From NCBI GenBank assembly GCA_965242525.1, contig OZ251459.1:224001-288000 (forward strand): a DNA stretch of 64,000 nt, in the 5' to 3' direction. Below are positions 39,063 to 48,448 of the stretch, piece after piece. This DNA comes from an uncultured Candidatus Binatia bacterium (GTDB lineage: Bacteria > Desulfobacterota > Binatia > UBA9968 > JAJDTQ01). Under the pieces are notes generated by a model. That model had not been told where the DNA came from, ran no database searches, and saw only the letters and a program-made list of their open reading frames with translations. Within the stretch, counting starts at the first letter, position 1. The number at the start of each line of letters is the position of its first letter. A program made the translations under genes and the position numbers.

Positions 39063-39212
39063 GGGGAAACTCTACAGGGAAACGGCTTTCGAGGGCAAGC
39101 CGCGCGCCGTCCGGCGGACGTCCTTCCGACGCGCCCCGGCAGTCTTGCCTTTTGCAGGCGCTTCAGGATTTCGTGTGGGTAAAGCAGGAGGGAAAGGGGA
39201 GCGTTTTTTCTC

Positions 39213-39290
39213 TGGATTCCCGCTTTCGCGGGAATGACGGGGGTGTGCGTCTGCGGGAATGACGAGGCGGGCGTCGCGGAGATGCCGGCG
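39213..39290. repeat. Second dRS3/REP-like cluster
   Basis: 28-bp tggattcccgctttcgcgggaatgacgg identical to 17073-17100, followed by the same degenerate units (tgcgggaatgacg, cgcggagatg). Confidence 0.8.
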
Positions 39291-39319
39291 TGGGCGTCTT
39301 CGAGTGATCCGGTCCGCGT

Positions 39320-40090
39320 TCAGCGGACCGTCCGGTTGTTCTCGATGATGTCGAGCACCTGGTCTTCGAGTTCGGCCAGTTCCGCACGGGTGGCGTTGGT
39401 GGGGGTCTCCATGTCCGCGAGGACCTTTCCGGGCTTGCCGAGGATGACCAGCCGCGAGCCGATCTCCAGCGCCTCGTGGATGTTGTGGGTGATGAGCAGG
39501 CAGGTCTTGCGGCTTTCGGTGACGAGATCCAGGAAGATCTCCCGCAACCGTCGGGCGGTGGACTGGTCCAGGTGTCCGAACGCCTCGTCGGCAAAGAAGA
39601 TCTCCGGCGACAGGCAGAAGGCCCGGGCCATGCCCACCCGTTGGCGCATGCCCCCCGACAGTTCGTGGGGGTAGGCGTCCTCGAAGCCCTGGAGCTCCAG
39701 CTTGTGCAGCCAGTGCCGGGCCACTTCGTTCTGCTCCCTGTCCCCGTAGCCGAGGATCTCCAGGCCGACCCGGGCGTTCTCCAGGGCGGTGCGCCAGGGC
39801 AGCAGGCGGTCGGTCTGGAAGATGACCCCCAGCTTCGACCGGAAGAAGTCGAACTCCCGGTAGGGGTCGTGCCCCAGCAGCGTCACCGATCCGGAAGTGG
39901 GCGGGTCGAGCCCCAGGAGCAGGTTGAAGGTGGTGGACTTGCCGCACCCGGTCTTGCCCACGATGGCCACGATGTCCCCGCTGCCCACGTCCAGGTCCAG
40001 GCCGTCCACCGCGGTGAAGCGGTCGCCGTCCACGGAGGTGAAGACCATGCGCACGTCCTGCATCCGGATGACGGGGTCCGCGGCGCTCAC
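39320..40090 (-). CDS. NitT/TauT-family ABC ATP-binding protein
   Basis: GKTGCGKS, 'FQTDRLLPW', 'YPHELSGGMRQR' and 'ADEAFGHLD'. The GTG start overlaps the permease stop. Confidence 0.9.
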   Translation of the reverse strand: MSAADPVIRMQDVRMVFTSVDGDRFTAVDGLDLDVGSGDIVAIVGKTGCGKSTTFNLLLGLDPPTSGSVTLLGHDPYREFDFFRSKLGVIFQTDRLLPWRTALENARVGLEILGYGDREQNEVARHWLHKLELQGFEDAYPHELSGGMRQRVGMARAFCLSPEIFFADEAFGHLDQSTARRLREIFLDLVTESRKTCLLITHNIHEALEIGSRLVILGKPGKVLADMETPTNATRAELAELEDQVLDIIENNRTVR

Positions 40091-40932
40091 GTGGCCATCC
40101 CTCCCTGTTTCGCCGGACGCCAGCGCAACAGCTTGTGCTCCAGCATGAGGATCACCAACTGCGTGATCAGCAGGAAGGTGACCAGCACCAGGGTCCAGGC
40201 GATGGCCTTGGGCATCTCGAAGAGCTCCTGGGCGAGCAGGAGCTTGTTGCCCACGCCGCGGGTGGTCCCCACCAGTTCGGCCACGATGACCACGCGCGCG
40301 GCCAGCCCCAGGTTCACCTTCCAGGCGGTGAGCACCGCGGGGACCATCCCCGGCAGCACCAGCTTGGTGAGGAGCTGGTTCCTGGTGGGCCGCATGGCCC
40401 GCAGCATGTCCAGGTATTCCTTGGAGATGCTCTTGATGCCGTCGTGGATGATGAGGGCGTAGTTGGGCAGGCAGCCGGCCAGCAGGATGAAGGCGATGCG
40501 GGTCTCCACGTGGCTGAACCAGATGATGGCGAAGACCACCCACGAGAGGGCGGGTATGCCCATGATGAAGTGGAGCACCGGCAGCGTGTATTTCTCCACC
40601 TTCTGCGTGAGGCCCATGAAGACGCCCAGGACGGCGCCGCTGACGAAGGCCAGGACCAGCCCCAGGAAGATCCTCCCCACGGTGGTGAAGGCGTCCCCCA
40701 GCAGGGAGAAGCTCGTCACGATCTCGACGAACGCGGCGATGATGACGGTGACGCCGGGGACCAGGTACGGAGGCAGGAAGAAGGCCAGGGTCTGCCACCC
40801 CGCCAGGATCACCAGGAAGGAGATGATCGGCTCCTTCCTGGCGGAGAGGACCGCCCCCGCGCGGGAACGCCACGCGCGGGCCGGCGGCGGCCCCCCGGTC
40901 CGGGCGGCTTCGGTCTCCATGCTATCGGACAC
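40087..40932 (-). CDS. NitT/TauT-family ABC permease
   Basis: 'IPALSW', 'VVIVAELVG..GVG' and six TM segments. Confidence 0.9.
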   Translation of the reverse strand: MSDSMETEAARTGGPPPARAWRSRAGAVLSARKEPIISFLVILAGWQTLAFFLPPYLVPGVTVIIAAFVEIVTSFSLLGDAFTTVGRIFLGLVLAFVSGAVLGVFMGLTQKVEKYTLPVLHFIMGIPALSWVVFAIIWFSHVETRIAFILLAGCLPNYALIIHDGIKSISKEYLDMLRAMRPTRNQLLTKLVLPGMVPAVLTAWKVNLGLAARVVIVAELVGTTRGVGNKLLLAQELFEMPKAIAWTLVLVTFLLITQLVILMLEHKLLRWRPAKQGGMAT

Positions 40933-41887
40933 GGCCCTTGTAGATGATGCCGTCGTCCGGCATCTCCTTCATGTAGCCGCTCTCGATGCCGGCCCGGAAC
41001 AGCGCCTCGATGTTCTCCTCGATCTCCGCCGCGGGAACCACGTCCAGGGGATAGCGGGCCGCCTTGAGGGCCATCAGGAACGCCTGCCTGGGTACGCCGG
41101 CCGCCTTCTCGATGATGGTGGCGGCCTCTTCATGGTGGGTCGGCAGCCACGTGGAGAGCTCGGCGAAGGCCGCGTAGATCTTCGGGATCAGGTCCTCGTT
41201 GGCGTTGATCCAGTCCTCGTGCGCCGCGACTCCCAGGAAGCCCCGCTGGGGCGCTCCGTGTATGGCCTCCCACTGGTGGAAGTACTCGATCATCTTGAAC
41301 CGTCCGGGGTTGTCCACCAGCAGCTTGGAATAGTTGGGCTCCCAGAAGTGCACGGCGTCGGCCCGCTTGGCCATCAGGTAGGTGGCCAAGCCGGGCACGT
41401 TGGTGGACTGCACCGCGACCTTGTCCAGGTCCACGCCGGCCTTGTGGGCGAAGTAGCGGAACATGGCGTAGTTGGTGGTGACCGTGAACGCCGCCAGGGT
41501 CTTCCCCTCCAGGTCGTTCAGGCTGTTCACGTCAGGGCTGGAGGTCAGCAACGCCCCGTGGCCGTTCAGCACGTTGAAGAGATAGACCGACTTGACTCCC
41601 TTGAGCCTGCGGTTGGCTTCCGACAGCAGCGCCGAGGCGATGGTGACCTTGTCCCTGCCGGTGGCGAAGTCCGTGTTGGCCGCTCGGCCGGGCTTGAACA
41701 CCCAGTCGATCTCGATGCCGTGCTTCTTGTCGAACCCGTTGGCCGCGATCAGCGAAGCCGTGGTATGGCCGAACGACGGCTTGTCGAAGGATGATATCTG
41801 CACCCGGGTCAGTCCCTGCGCCAGCACCGGCGTCGCTCCCGCCCAGGTCACCGCCGCGATCAGGAAGCCCACTTTGAGTCGCATCAT
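40922..41887 (-). CDS. NMT1/SsuA-like ABC substrate-binding protein
   Basis: Signal peptide, 'NGFDKKHGIEI', 'VNSLNDLEGKTLA' and 'DAVHFWEP'. AGGAGG lies upstream of ATG 41887. Confidence 0.87.
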   Translation of the reverse strand: MMRLKVGFLIAAVTWAGATPVLAQGLTRVQISSFDKPSFGHTTASLIAANGFDKKHGIEIDWVFKPGRAANTDFATGRDKVTIASALLSEANRRLKGVKSVYLFNVLNGHGALLTSSPDVNSLNDLEGKTLAAFTVTTNYAMFRYFAHKAGVDLDKVAVQSTNVPGLATYLMAKRADAVHFWEPNYSKLLVDNPGRFKMIEYFHQWEAIHGAPQRGFLGVAAHEDWINANEDLIPKIYAAFAELSTWLPTHHEEAATIIEKAAGVPRQAFLMALKAARYPLDVVPAAEIEENIEALFRAGIESGYMKEMPDDGIIYKGRVR

Positions 41888-41980
41888 GGCTCGTCCTCCT
41901 TGCTCGTGTTCTCGAAGGGTCCGAGGCTCCACCGTCGGGACACCGGAACCCAGGATTTTTTGAATACATATAAACCATTG

Positions 41981-42025
41981 AAATCCTTAAGGTTTCTCTT
42001 ACATCGGAGCGCCCACCTTTGTCAA
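41981..42025 (-). promoter_or_regulatory. Putative promoter/operator for the NitT-type ABC operon
   Basis: TTGACA on the minus strand (42025-42020), a weak -10 (TAAGAG), a CCTTAAGG palindrome at 41985-41992 and an AT-rich patch. Confidence 0.35.
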
Positions 42026-42179
42026 GCGGAAAATCCACCCCGGGGCGCCGTCTCCGGGGTCACCCCGGGGGTCCGTCTTCGAAGTCAGGGTCCGGGGCGT
42101 CTGTCGATGGCGTCCGTCAGGGGTCAGGCCCTGGAAGCCGTAGGAAGCCCGTGGGGACGCGGAAGAGACTGGCCAGTGA

Positions 42180-42236
42180 AGGAAGGGAGAGAGAAGACGC
42201 CGCCCACGGCTTTCCTGGGCGTCCGTGGGCGGCCTT
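42180..42236 (-). terminator. Putative intrinsic terminator after the lipoprotein gene
   Basis: Stem gccgcccacgg/ccgtgggcggc followed on the minus strand by a pyrimidine run (tcttctctctcccttcc). Confidence 0.5.
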
Positions 42237-42245
42237 TCGCGGGTG

Positions 42246-43271
42246 TCATCGGCAGTAATAGCGCTTCCGACCGTCGGTTGAGCAGTGGGAAAGCTCCGGC
42301 GCCGGTGTCCGGGAAGAGTCCGAGTATGACACCCCCCATGCTCCCGACCCCACCGTTCCACGCTCCACCAATCCACTATCCACCGCTCTACTCGGGGAAT
42401 CCGCTCTAATCGGGTAATCCCGTCCGGCGAGCGTCCAGAAGTATCCACCGGCCGTGGAACCGCTAGTAAGGCCGGTCATATTAGGCTCGGTTACACGATC
42501 GCTGAACTCATAACCATATTCATCGCCTTTGACTCTCATGGTGTCGAACTGCCACAGCTCATTTTCGTCGCGCTCTATGTTGGTGGAATACAGCCTCAGG
42601 CCTTCCCACGTGTAGTTGAACTCACCCGGGATATTGATCGTTACGTCAATATCACCGCCGTCATAGTACATAGAGGCCGTTCCCGTGTACAGAAAGTCCG
42701 TTCCCTTGTAGTTTAGAAATGCTTTGCCCTCATAAGTGCCTATGAACGACAGGGGCTCAGTACGAAACTCATAAGCAAAAGGTGACCTGGTGAACCGAAA
42801 AAGCGGGCTGTCCGGGTCCAACCAAACCAGCGAGCTGCCGGGACCTTCCCACAAGTCCAGACCCCCCTCCGAGGGAAGCGACAGGGTTCCCTCCGGGGTT
42901 GGGAGGTCTCCTACGACCGGAATAGGTGTTGACGTTCCCGGTGCTGGCGTTCCCGGCGGGTCAGTAACGGTTCCCGTTGGGCCAGTAACGGAGATAGTAA
43001 CCCTGCCGCCCGTAACGGTGGCAATCCCGCTGTCGGAGACCTCGATAGTGCAGTCTGCCCCTGTGCACGTAGCGACGACCCGAACTCCCCCACTGTTGTA
43101 AATCGTCCGGCTCCGGCCAACAGGGATCGTACCGGATTCCAGACTATGACCCTCCGGGAGTCCCGCCAGGACAGTCGGTGTTGACGTCATGGAAGCGGTC
43201 TTGCCACTGCCTCCGCACCCTGCCAGCATCAACGCGCCTGCTACTGCCAACGCCAAGATCGTCCACTTCAT
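42246..43271 (-). CDS. Hypothetical lipoprotein with atypical (lower-GC) codon usage
   Basis: Lipobox MKWTILALAVAGALMLAG-C, a small Cys-pair domain, a P/T linker and an aromatic-rich beta C-terminal part. Confidence 0.75.
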   Translation of the reverse strand: MKWTILALAVAGALMLAGCGGSGKTASMTSTPTVLAGLPEGHSLESGTIPVGRSRTIYNSGGVRVVATCTGADCTIEVSDSGIATVTGGRVTISVTGPTGTVTDPPGTPAPGTSTPIPVVGDLPTPEGTLSLPSEGGLDLWEGPGSSLVWLDPDSPLFRFTRSPFAYEFRTEPLSFIGTYEGKAFLNYKGTDFLYTGTASMYYDGGDIDVTINIPGEFNYTWEGLRLYSTNIERDENELWQFDTMRVKGDEYGYEFSDRVTEPNMTGLTSGSTAGGYFWTLAGRDYPIRADSPSRAVDSGLVERGTVGSGAWGVSYSDSSRTPAPELSHCSTDGRKRYYCR

Positions 43272-43657
43272 TGAAACACCCCCCTTTCATGGCGGCGGCG
43301 TGCAGCAAAGGAGATAACGGGGATACTGCATGCCCCGGTAGTGGAGGACCGCACGCCGCCCACTACGACATCAAGGCTCCAACCCGACCCTACGACCTTC
43401 CGCCGGTCCTGTCAACCTTCCTCCGAAGCCAAGTAGAGCGGCCATCCTGGGCGGCGCCGCGGCCAGCCCGTCAAGCCAACCGTCTTTTTTGCATCCGTGT
43501 CGATGGAGATCCGGATCCGGCGCGGCGCCCCTCCGTTTCGACCGCGGCTCCCCGGCGGGCCGGGACCGGGGCGAGCCTTGAACTGCCCTCCCGGTTGCGA
43601 TACATCCCAAGGGGTCGAGTCCATGGGAGGGTTCGGCGCACCAAGCGGAGGTGAAAC

Positions 43658-44809
43658 ATGTACCTGATCGATGCGGACGGACACGTGGAGGAAAGCGAAG
43701 CCACGTTCAGCGACGAATACATGGACCCGGCGTTCCGGTTGCAGCGGCCGCAAGTGGTGGCGGTGGAACGGATGGTCTATTGGATGATCGAGGAGCAACT
43801 GTATCCGCGCCGGGTGGGACGCGGGGCCCACAACCTCGGCACCCCGGCCAGCTACCGGGGGGAGAAGACGCCGCACGCCCGGAAGAAGTCCGACACCATC
43901 GGCAGCATGGAGGTCCGCGGGGTCACCGAGCGCATCGAGGCCATGGACAGGGAGGGCATCTCGCTCCAGGTCCTCTACCCGACCCTGTTCCTCGCCTATC
44001 CGCTGGCGGCGAACCCGGCCCTGGTGACCGCCATGAGCTCCGCCTACAACCGTTTCCTCGGCGACCAGGTGGGCGCGCACGAGCGGCTCAAGTGGGCCGC
44101 GGTGGTGAACCTCGACGACGCGGCCGGGGCGGTCGAGCAGGTCCGCGAAGCCCACGGCCTCGGGGCCGTGGCGGTCATGGTGCTGGGCACCATCGGGGAC
44201 CGGATGCTCGACGACCCGGCGTTCCTGCCGTTCTACGAGGCGTTGGTGGAAAGGGACATGACGCTAGCCATCCACGTGGGTTGGGCGTGTCCGGCCCTGA
44301 GCGGCCTCTTCACCCACATCTATCCGTCGTCCGTGAACGCCTTCCTCATGCCGGTGCTGCTGGGCTTCTCGGCCATGATCCACAGCGGCCTCCTGGACCG
44401 GTTCCCCACCATGCGGGTGGGGTTCCTGGAAGCCGGCTGCCAGTGGGTCCACTTCATGATGGACCGCATGGACCACCGCTTCGTCCACTCGGGGAACTTC
44501 CTTGCGGACATCCTCGTGGACACGGTCCCCAAGGCCAAGCTGGCGCCCATGGAGTACATGCGGCAGGGGAACCTCTACCTGAGCGCGGAGGTGGAAGACG
44601 CGCTGTTGCCCCAGGTGGTGGAGCTGGTGGGGGAGGGGCAGGTGGTGTACGGCTCCGACATGCCCCACGGCGACCGCGAGGTGCTCTCCAGCGACTACCT
44701 GAAGCAGCGCGAGGACTTGAGCGAGACCGTCAAGACCAAGATCCTGCAGGACAACGGCGCCCGGCTCTACAACCTGGACGTGGGCGACGCCCTGCGGAAG
44801 GTTTCCTAG
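43658..44809 (+). CDS. Amidohydrolase family 2 protein
   Basis: 'IDADGHVEE', 'MDREGISLQVLYPT', 'LAIH', 'FLEAGCQW' and 'YGSDMPHGD'. Confidence 0.92.
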   Translation: MYLIDADGHVEESEATFSDEYMDPAFRLQRPQVVAVERMVYWMIEEQLYPRRVGRGAHNLGTPASYRGEKTPHARKKSDTIGSMEVRGVTERIEAMDREGISLQVLYPTLFLAYPLAANPALVTAMSSAYNRFLGDQVGAHERLKWAAVVNLDDAAGAVEQVREAHGLGAVAVMVLGTIGDRMLDDPAFLPFYEALVERDMTLAIHVGWACPALSGLFTHIYPSSVNAFLMPVLLGFSAMIHSGLLDRFPTMRVGFLEAGCQWVHFMMDRMDHRFVHSGNFLADILVDTVPKAKLAPMEYMRQGNLYLSAEVEDALLPQVVELVGEGQVVYGSDMPHGDREVLSSDYLKQREDLSETVKTKILQDNGARLYNLDVGDALRKVS

Positions 44810-44906
44810 GGAACGTCGGATCGATCCCGGATCGAGGCGCCCCGCATGTCCTTCGACTTCGCTTCGCTACGCTCGGGACGAACGGGGGCGATCGTTCAGG
44901 GTTTCC
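44810..44906 (+). mobile_element. MITE-like element copy (97 bp)
   Basis: Starts GGAACGT directly after CTAG (the amidohydrolase stop), carries the shared core and ends TTCAGGGTTTCC. Confidence 0.7.
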
Positions 44907-45163
44907 CGGGAACCGTCGGGCCGGCCGAGGACGATCTCCCGGGAGCGGACGGTCACGAGGCGGTCGAGCCGGCGCAGCATGACCTGCGCCGCTTCGGCCG
45001 AGATGGCCTGCCCGAAGATGTGGTAACGTTCTCCGTCCACCCGCTGGTCGTTGGCCCAGAGGGCGAACTCGCGGGGGGTAGGGTGATGGCCGAGCTCTCT
45101 GGCGCAACGCCGCACCACGAAGCCGAGCATGACCTTGCGGCCCCTGTCCACGCTGGACGACAT
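44867..45163 (-). CDS. Small hypothetical protein (98 aa)
   Basis: Protein-like composition (MLGFVVRRCARELGHHPTPREFALWANDQ...). It fills the gap between genes, and its stop lies inside the MITE-like copy. Confidence 0.6.
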   Translation of the reverse strand: MSSSVDRGRKVMLGFVVRRCARELGHHPTPREFALWANDQRVDGERYHIFGQAISAEAAQVMLRRLDRLVTVRSREIVLGRPDGSRETLNDRPRSSRA

Positions 45164-45318
45164 ACCGGGGATTCATAGGCAATCCCGGCAACGGTTTCAA
45201 CCCGGAGCGCTTCGGCGGCCCCCGCCCGCGGCGGTCGGCCGGTGGGCGCGGTTTCCGGTTCCCGCTTCCGACAGCCATGCGGGAGCGGGTTCGACCCGCG
45301 GCCCGAGGAGGTTCCCCT

Positions 45319-46296
45319 TTGGCGACTCGAAGACGTTCGAAACTGACCATGGAGCGCATCCGGGAGGCGGCCGAGCGGCTTCGCAACTGGGGCCGGTGGG
45401 GCAAGGACGACGAGGTGGGGACGCTCAACTACACCACGCCCGAGGACATCGTGGCGGCCGCCCGGCTGGTGCAAAGGGGACGGGTGTTCTCCCTGGCCCT
45501 GGACTTCGACGCCGCGGGGCCGCAGACCGGCAAGAGCAACTACCCGGCCATGGGGCGCTTCAACCCCATACACCTGATGCTCCGCACCGGCACCGACGCG
45601 TGGTCGGGGGTGCTCGACCACCGGGGCATCCGGGGCGCGGACGACGTGATCATCATGCCGCTCCAGAGCGGCACCCAGTGGGACGGGTTGGCGCACATCT
45701 TCTACGAAGACCGCATGTACAACGGCTACGACTGCCGACTGGTCACTTCGGGAGGCGCCGCCCGGAACGGCATCGAGAAGACCCGGGACAAGATGGTGGG
45801 TAGGGGGGTGCTGCTGGACGTGGCCGCGGCCAAGGGCAGCGAATGGCTGGAGGACGGCTACGCCATCACCAACGCGGACCTGGACCGCGCCATGAAGGCC
45901 CACGGGGTGGAAGTGCGGCGGGGCGATTACCTGCTGGTGCGCACGGGGCAGATGAAGGCCAAGCTGGCGGCCGGATCCTGGGACGGTTATCCGGGCGGGG
46001 ACGCTCCGGGCCTCGGTTTCGAGACCCTCGACTGGCTCCACGAGAAGGAAGTGGCCGCAGTGGCCACGGACACCTGGGGCGTGGAGGTCCGGCCCAACCG
46101 GACCCGGGAGGCCAACCAGCCGTGGCACTGGGTCAGCATCCCCAACATGGGCCTCACGGTGGGAGAGATCTTCCACCTGGAAGAGTTGGCCGAGGACTGC
46201 GCCGAGGACGGGCGCTACGAGTTCCTGTTCGTGGCCCCCGCGCTCCCGGTCACTGGCGCGGTGGGCTCCCCCACGAACCCGCTGGCCATCAAGTGA
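45319..46296 (+). CDS. Cyclase-family (kynurenine formamidase-like) metal-dependent hydrolase
   Basis: 'NWGRWGKDDEVGTLNY', 'QSGTQWDGLAH', 'GRGVLLDV' and 'GAVGSPTNPLAIK'. A TTG start follows GAGGAGG. Confidence 0.9.
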   Translation: MATRRRSKLTMERIREAAERLRNWGRWGKDDEVGTLNYTTPEDIVAAARLVQRGRVFSLALDFDAAGPQTGKSNYPAMGRFNPIHLMLRTGTDAWSGVLDHRGIRGADDVIIMPLQSGTQWDGLAHIFYEDRMYNGYDCRLVTSGGAARNGIEKTRDKMVGRGVLLDVAAAKGSEWLEDGYAITNADLDRAMKAHGVEVRRGDYLLVRTGQMKAKLAAGSWDGYPGGDAPGLGFETLDWLHEKEVAAVATDTWGVEVRPNRTREANQPWHWVSIPNMGLTVGEIFHLEELAEDCAEDGRYEFLFVAPALPVTGAVGSPTNPLAIK

Positions 46297-46353
46297 AATC
46301 GAGGCAGTGAACGCGAGGCGGCGGGACGGGCCGCCGGACTGGAGGAAGGGAAG

Positions 46354-47169
46354 ATGCCGCCGCAACTCGGCTCCGTATGGCTTCAGGAACTTACCTGGGA
46401 GGACGTCGCCGCCTACCTCGCCGACTCCGACCTGATCATCTGCCCGGTGGGCAGCACCGAAGAGCACGGACCCGCGGGTCCCCTGGGGCTGGACTGCCTC
46501 ATCGCCATCGCCCTGGCCGAGGACGTGGCCCGGGCCACCGGGGCGTTGTGCGCCCCGCCCCTGTGGTTCGGCGACTCGCCGCACCACCTGGGGTTCCCGG
46601 GCACCATATCGCTCCGCACCGAGACCCTGATGGCGGTGATCCAGGACATGAGCCGGAGCCTGGCCAAGCACGGGTTCCGGAAGATCCTCATCATCAACGG
46701 GCACAAGGGCGCGAACCTGCCCGGCCTGCTGGCGGCCACCAAGAACCTGCGCGAGTTCGAGATGCCCGAGGTCTTCTTCGCGGTCATCGACCCGGTGAAG
46801 ATCGCCAAGAAGATCGCCAACGAGATCAAGGAAGCGAAAGAGCACCACAGCGGCGAGCTGGAGATCTCGGAATGCTGGTACAAGTACCCCGGCCTGGTGA
46901 AGCAGGAGAAGCTCACCACGTCGCAGGTGGACTTCGAGGAGAACTTCTCCCCGTGGTCCCACGGCGACCTCTTCTCGGCGCCGCACGAGGTCATCGACAT
47001 CCCCTGGACCAGCGCGGAGCAACGCCGGATCGTGCCCACGGGATCCTTCAGCCCCTCCATCAAGGCGTCGCCCGAAAAGGGCAAGGCATACCACGACTAC
47101 ATGGTGGACCAGATCGTGCGGTTCATCGGCTGGCTGCGGGAATACGAGGGTCCCGTGGCCCGGGTCTGA
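46354..47169 (+). CDS. Creatininase/creatinine amidohydrolase-family protein
   Basis: 'PVGSTEEHG..PLGLD', 'SPHHLGFPGTISL', 'NGHKGAN' and 'HSGELE'. Confidence 0.92.
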   Translation: MPPQLGSVWLQELTWEDVAAYLADSDLIICPVGSTEEHGPAGPLGLDCLIAIALAEDVARATGALCAPPLWFGDSPHHLGFPGTISLRTETLMAVIQDMSRSLAKHGFRKILIINGHKGANLPGLLAATKNLREFEMPEVFFAVIDPVKIAKKIANEIKEAKEHHSGELEISECWYKYPGLVKQEKLTTSQVDFEENFSPWSHGDLFSAPHEVIDIPWTSAEQRRIVPTGSFSPSIKASPEKGKAYHDYMVDQIVRFIGWLREYEGPVARV

Positions 47170-47174
47170 GACCG

Positions 47175-48377
47175 GTGGACGTGGAAGCGGAACGGAGTCC
47201 GGCGGCGGACGCCGCGCTGCCCGGGCAGGCGCGCCGCATACGCGCCCGGGGCCGGGACATCTACCTCGTGGGGACCGCGCACGTCTCCCCGGAGAGCGTC
47301 GAGGACGTGCGCAGGACCATCGAGCTGGTGGAGCCGGACACCGTGTGCGTCGAGCTCTGCCGCGCCCGGTACGAGGCCTTCACCCGGCCCGACGTCTGGC
47401 GGAGGATGAACGTCTTCAGGGTGGTCCGGGAGGGCAAGGCGGTCTTCCTGCTGAGCCAGTTGCTCATGTCGTCGTTCTACAAGCGCATGGGCGACCGGCT
47501 CGGGGTCCGGCCCGGGGCCGAGATGCTGGAGGCGGTCCGCCTCGCCCGGGAGCGGGACGCGGGGCTGGTGCTGGCCGACCGGGACGTCCAGGTGACCCTG
47601 AAGCGGACCTGGATGGGGCTGGGCTTCTGGAGCCGGCTCAAGATGTTCTGGCTGCTCCTCTCCAGCGTGCTGGAGGAGCCGGAGATCCACAAGGAGGAGG
47701 TGGACGACCTCAAGCGGCAGGACCAGTTGGAGAGCGTCCTGACCGCCTTCTCCCACGCGTTCCCGTCCGTGAAGCAGAGCCTCATCGACGAGCGGGACGT
47801 ATATCTGGCGCAGAAGATCCGGGAGGCGGAGGGAGCCAGGGTCGTGGCGGTGGTGGGGGCGGGGCACGTGCCGGGAATCGCGCGCGAGATCCACCGGGAC
47901 CACGCGCTGGCCCCCCTGGAGGAGGTCCCCGAGCGCTCGTTCTGGTCCCGGAGCGTCAAGTGGCTGGCGCCGGCCGTCGTCATGGCGATCATCGGGTACG
48001 GCTTCTACCGTTCCGGCGCCGCCCACTCCCTGGAGTCCGTCTCCATCTGGGTGCTGGTCAACGGCGTGCTCGCGGCCGCGGGGGCGGCCCTGGCCCTGGG
48101 TCACCCGGTCACGGTCCTCGCCGCTTTCCTGGCCGCGCCCGTCACCAGCCTCAACCCCACCATCGCCGCGGGATGGGTCTCGGGGCTGGTCCAGGCATGG
48201 GTCAAGAAGCCCACGGTGGCGGACCTGGAGGCCATGTCCGAGGTGGTGACCCGCTTCCCCGGCGGACTGTGGCGCAACCCGGTCTCGCGCATCCTGCTGG
48301 TGGTGGTGTTCTCGAACCTGGGGAGCACCCTGGGGACTTTCGTGGGCGGCGGCTGGATCGCGGCGCGATCCTTCTAG
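47175..48377 (+). CDS. TraB/PrgY (TraB/GumN, pheromone-shutdown-like) family membrane protein
   Basis: 'IYLVGTAHVS', 'VCVELC', 'PGAEM', 'LIDERD', 'VVGAGHVPGI' and C-terminal TM helices. Start approximate. Confidence 0.88.
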   Translation: MDVEAERSPAADAALPGQARRIRARGRDIYLVGTAHVSPESVEDVRRTIELVEPDTVCVELCRARYEAFTRPDVWRRMNVFRVVREGKAVFLLSQLLMSSFYKRMGDRLGVRPGAEMLEAVRLARERDAGLVLADRDVQVTLKRTWMGLGFWSRLKMFWLLLSSVLEEPEIHKEEVDDLKRQDQLESVLTAFSHAFPSVKQSLIDERDVYLAQKIREAEGARVVAVVGAGHVPGIAREIHRDHALAPLEEVPERSFWSRSVKWLAPAVVMAIIGYGFYRSGAAHSLESVSIWVLVNGVLAAAGAALALGHPVTVLAAFLAAPVTSLNPTIAAGWVSGLVQAWVKKPTVADLEAMSEVVTRFPGGLWRNPVSRILLVVVFSNLGSTLGTFVGGGWIAARSF

Positions 48378-48448
48378 CCGCGTGCGGCGCGCGGCGTCGG
48401 TTCGAGCAGCGGGAGGTTCGACCACCGCTCCCGCAACAGGAGGAGACC

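Noticed and set aside
47175-48377. TraB as evidence of a conjugative element
   Set aside because: This is the TraB/PrgY/GumN family, commonly chromosomal. No relaxase, T4SS or integrase is in the window.
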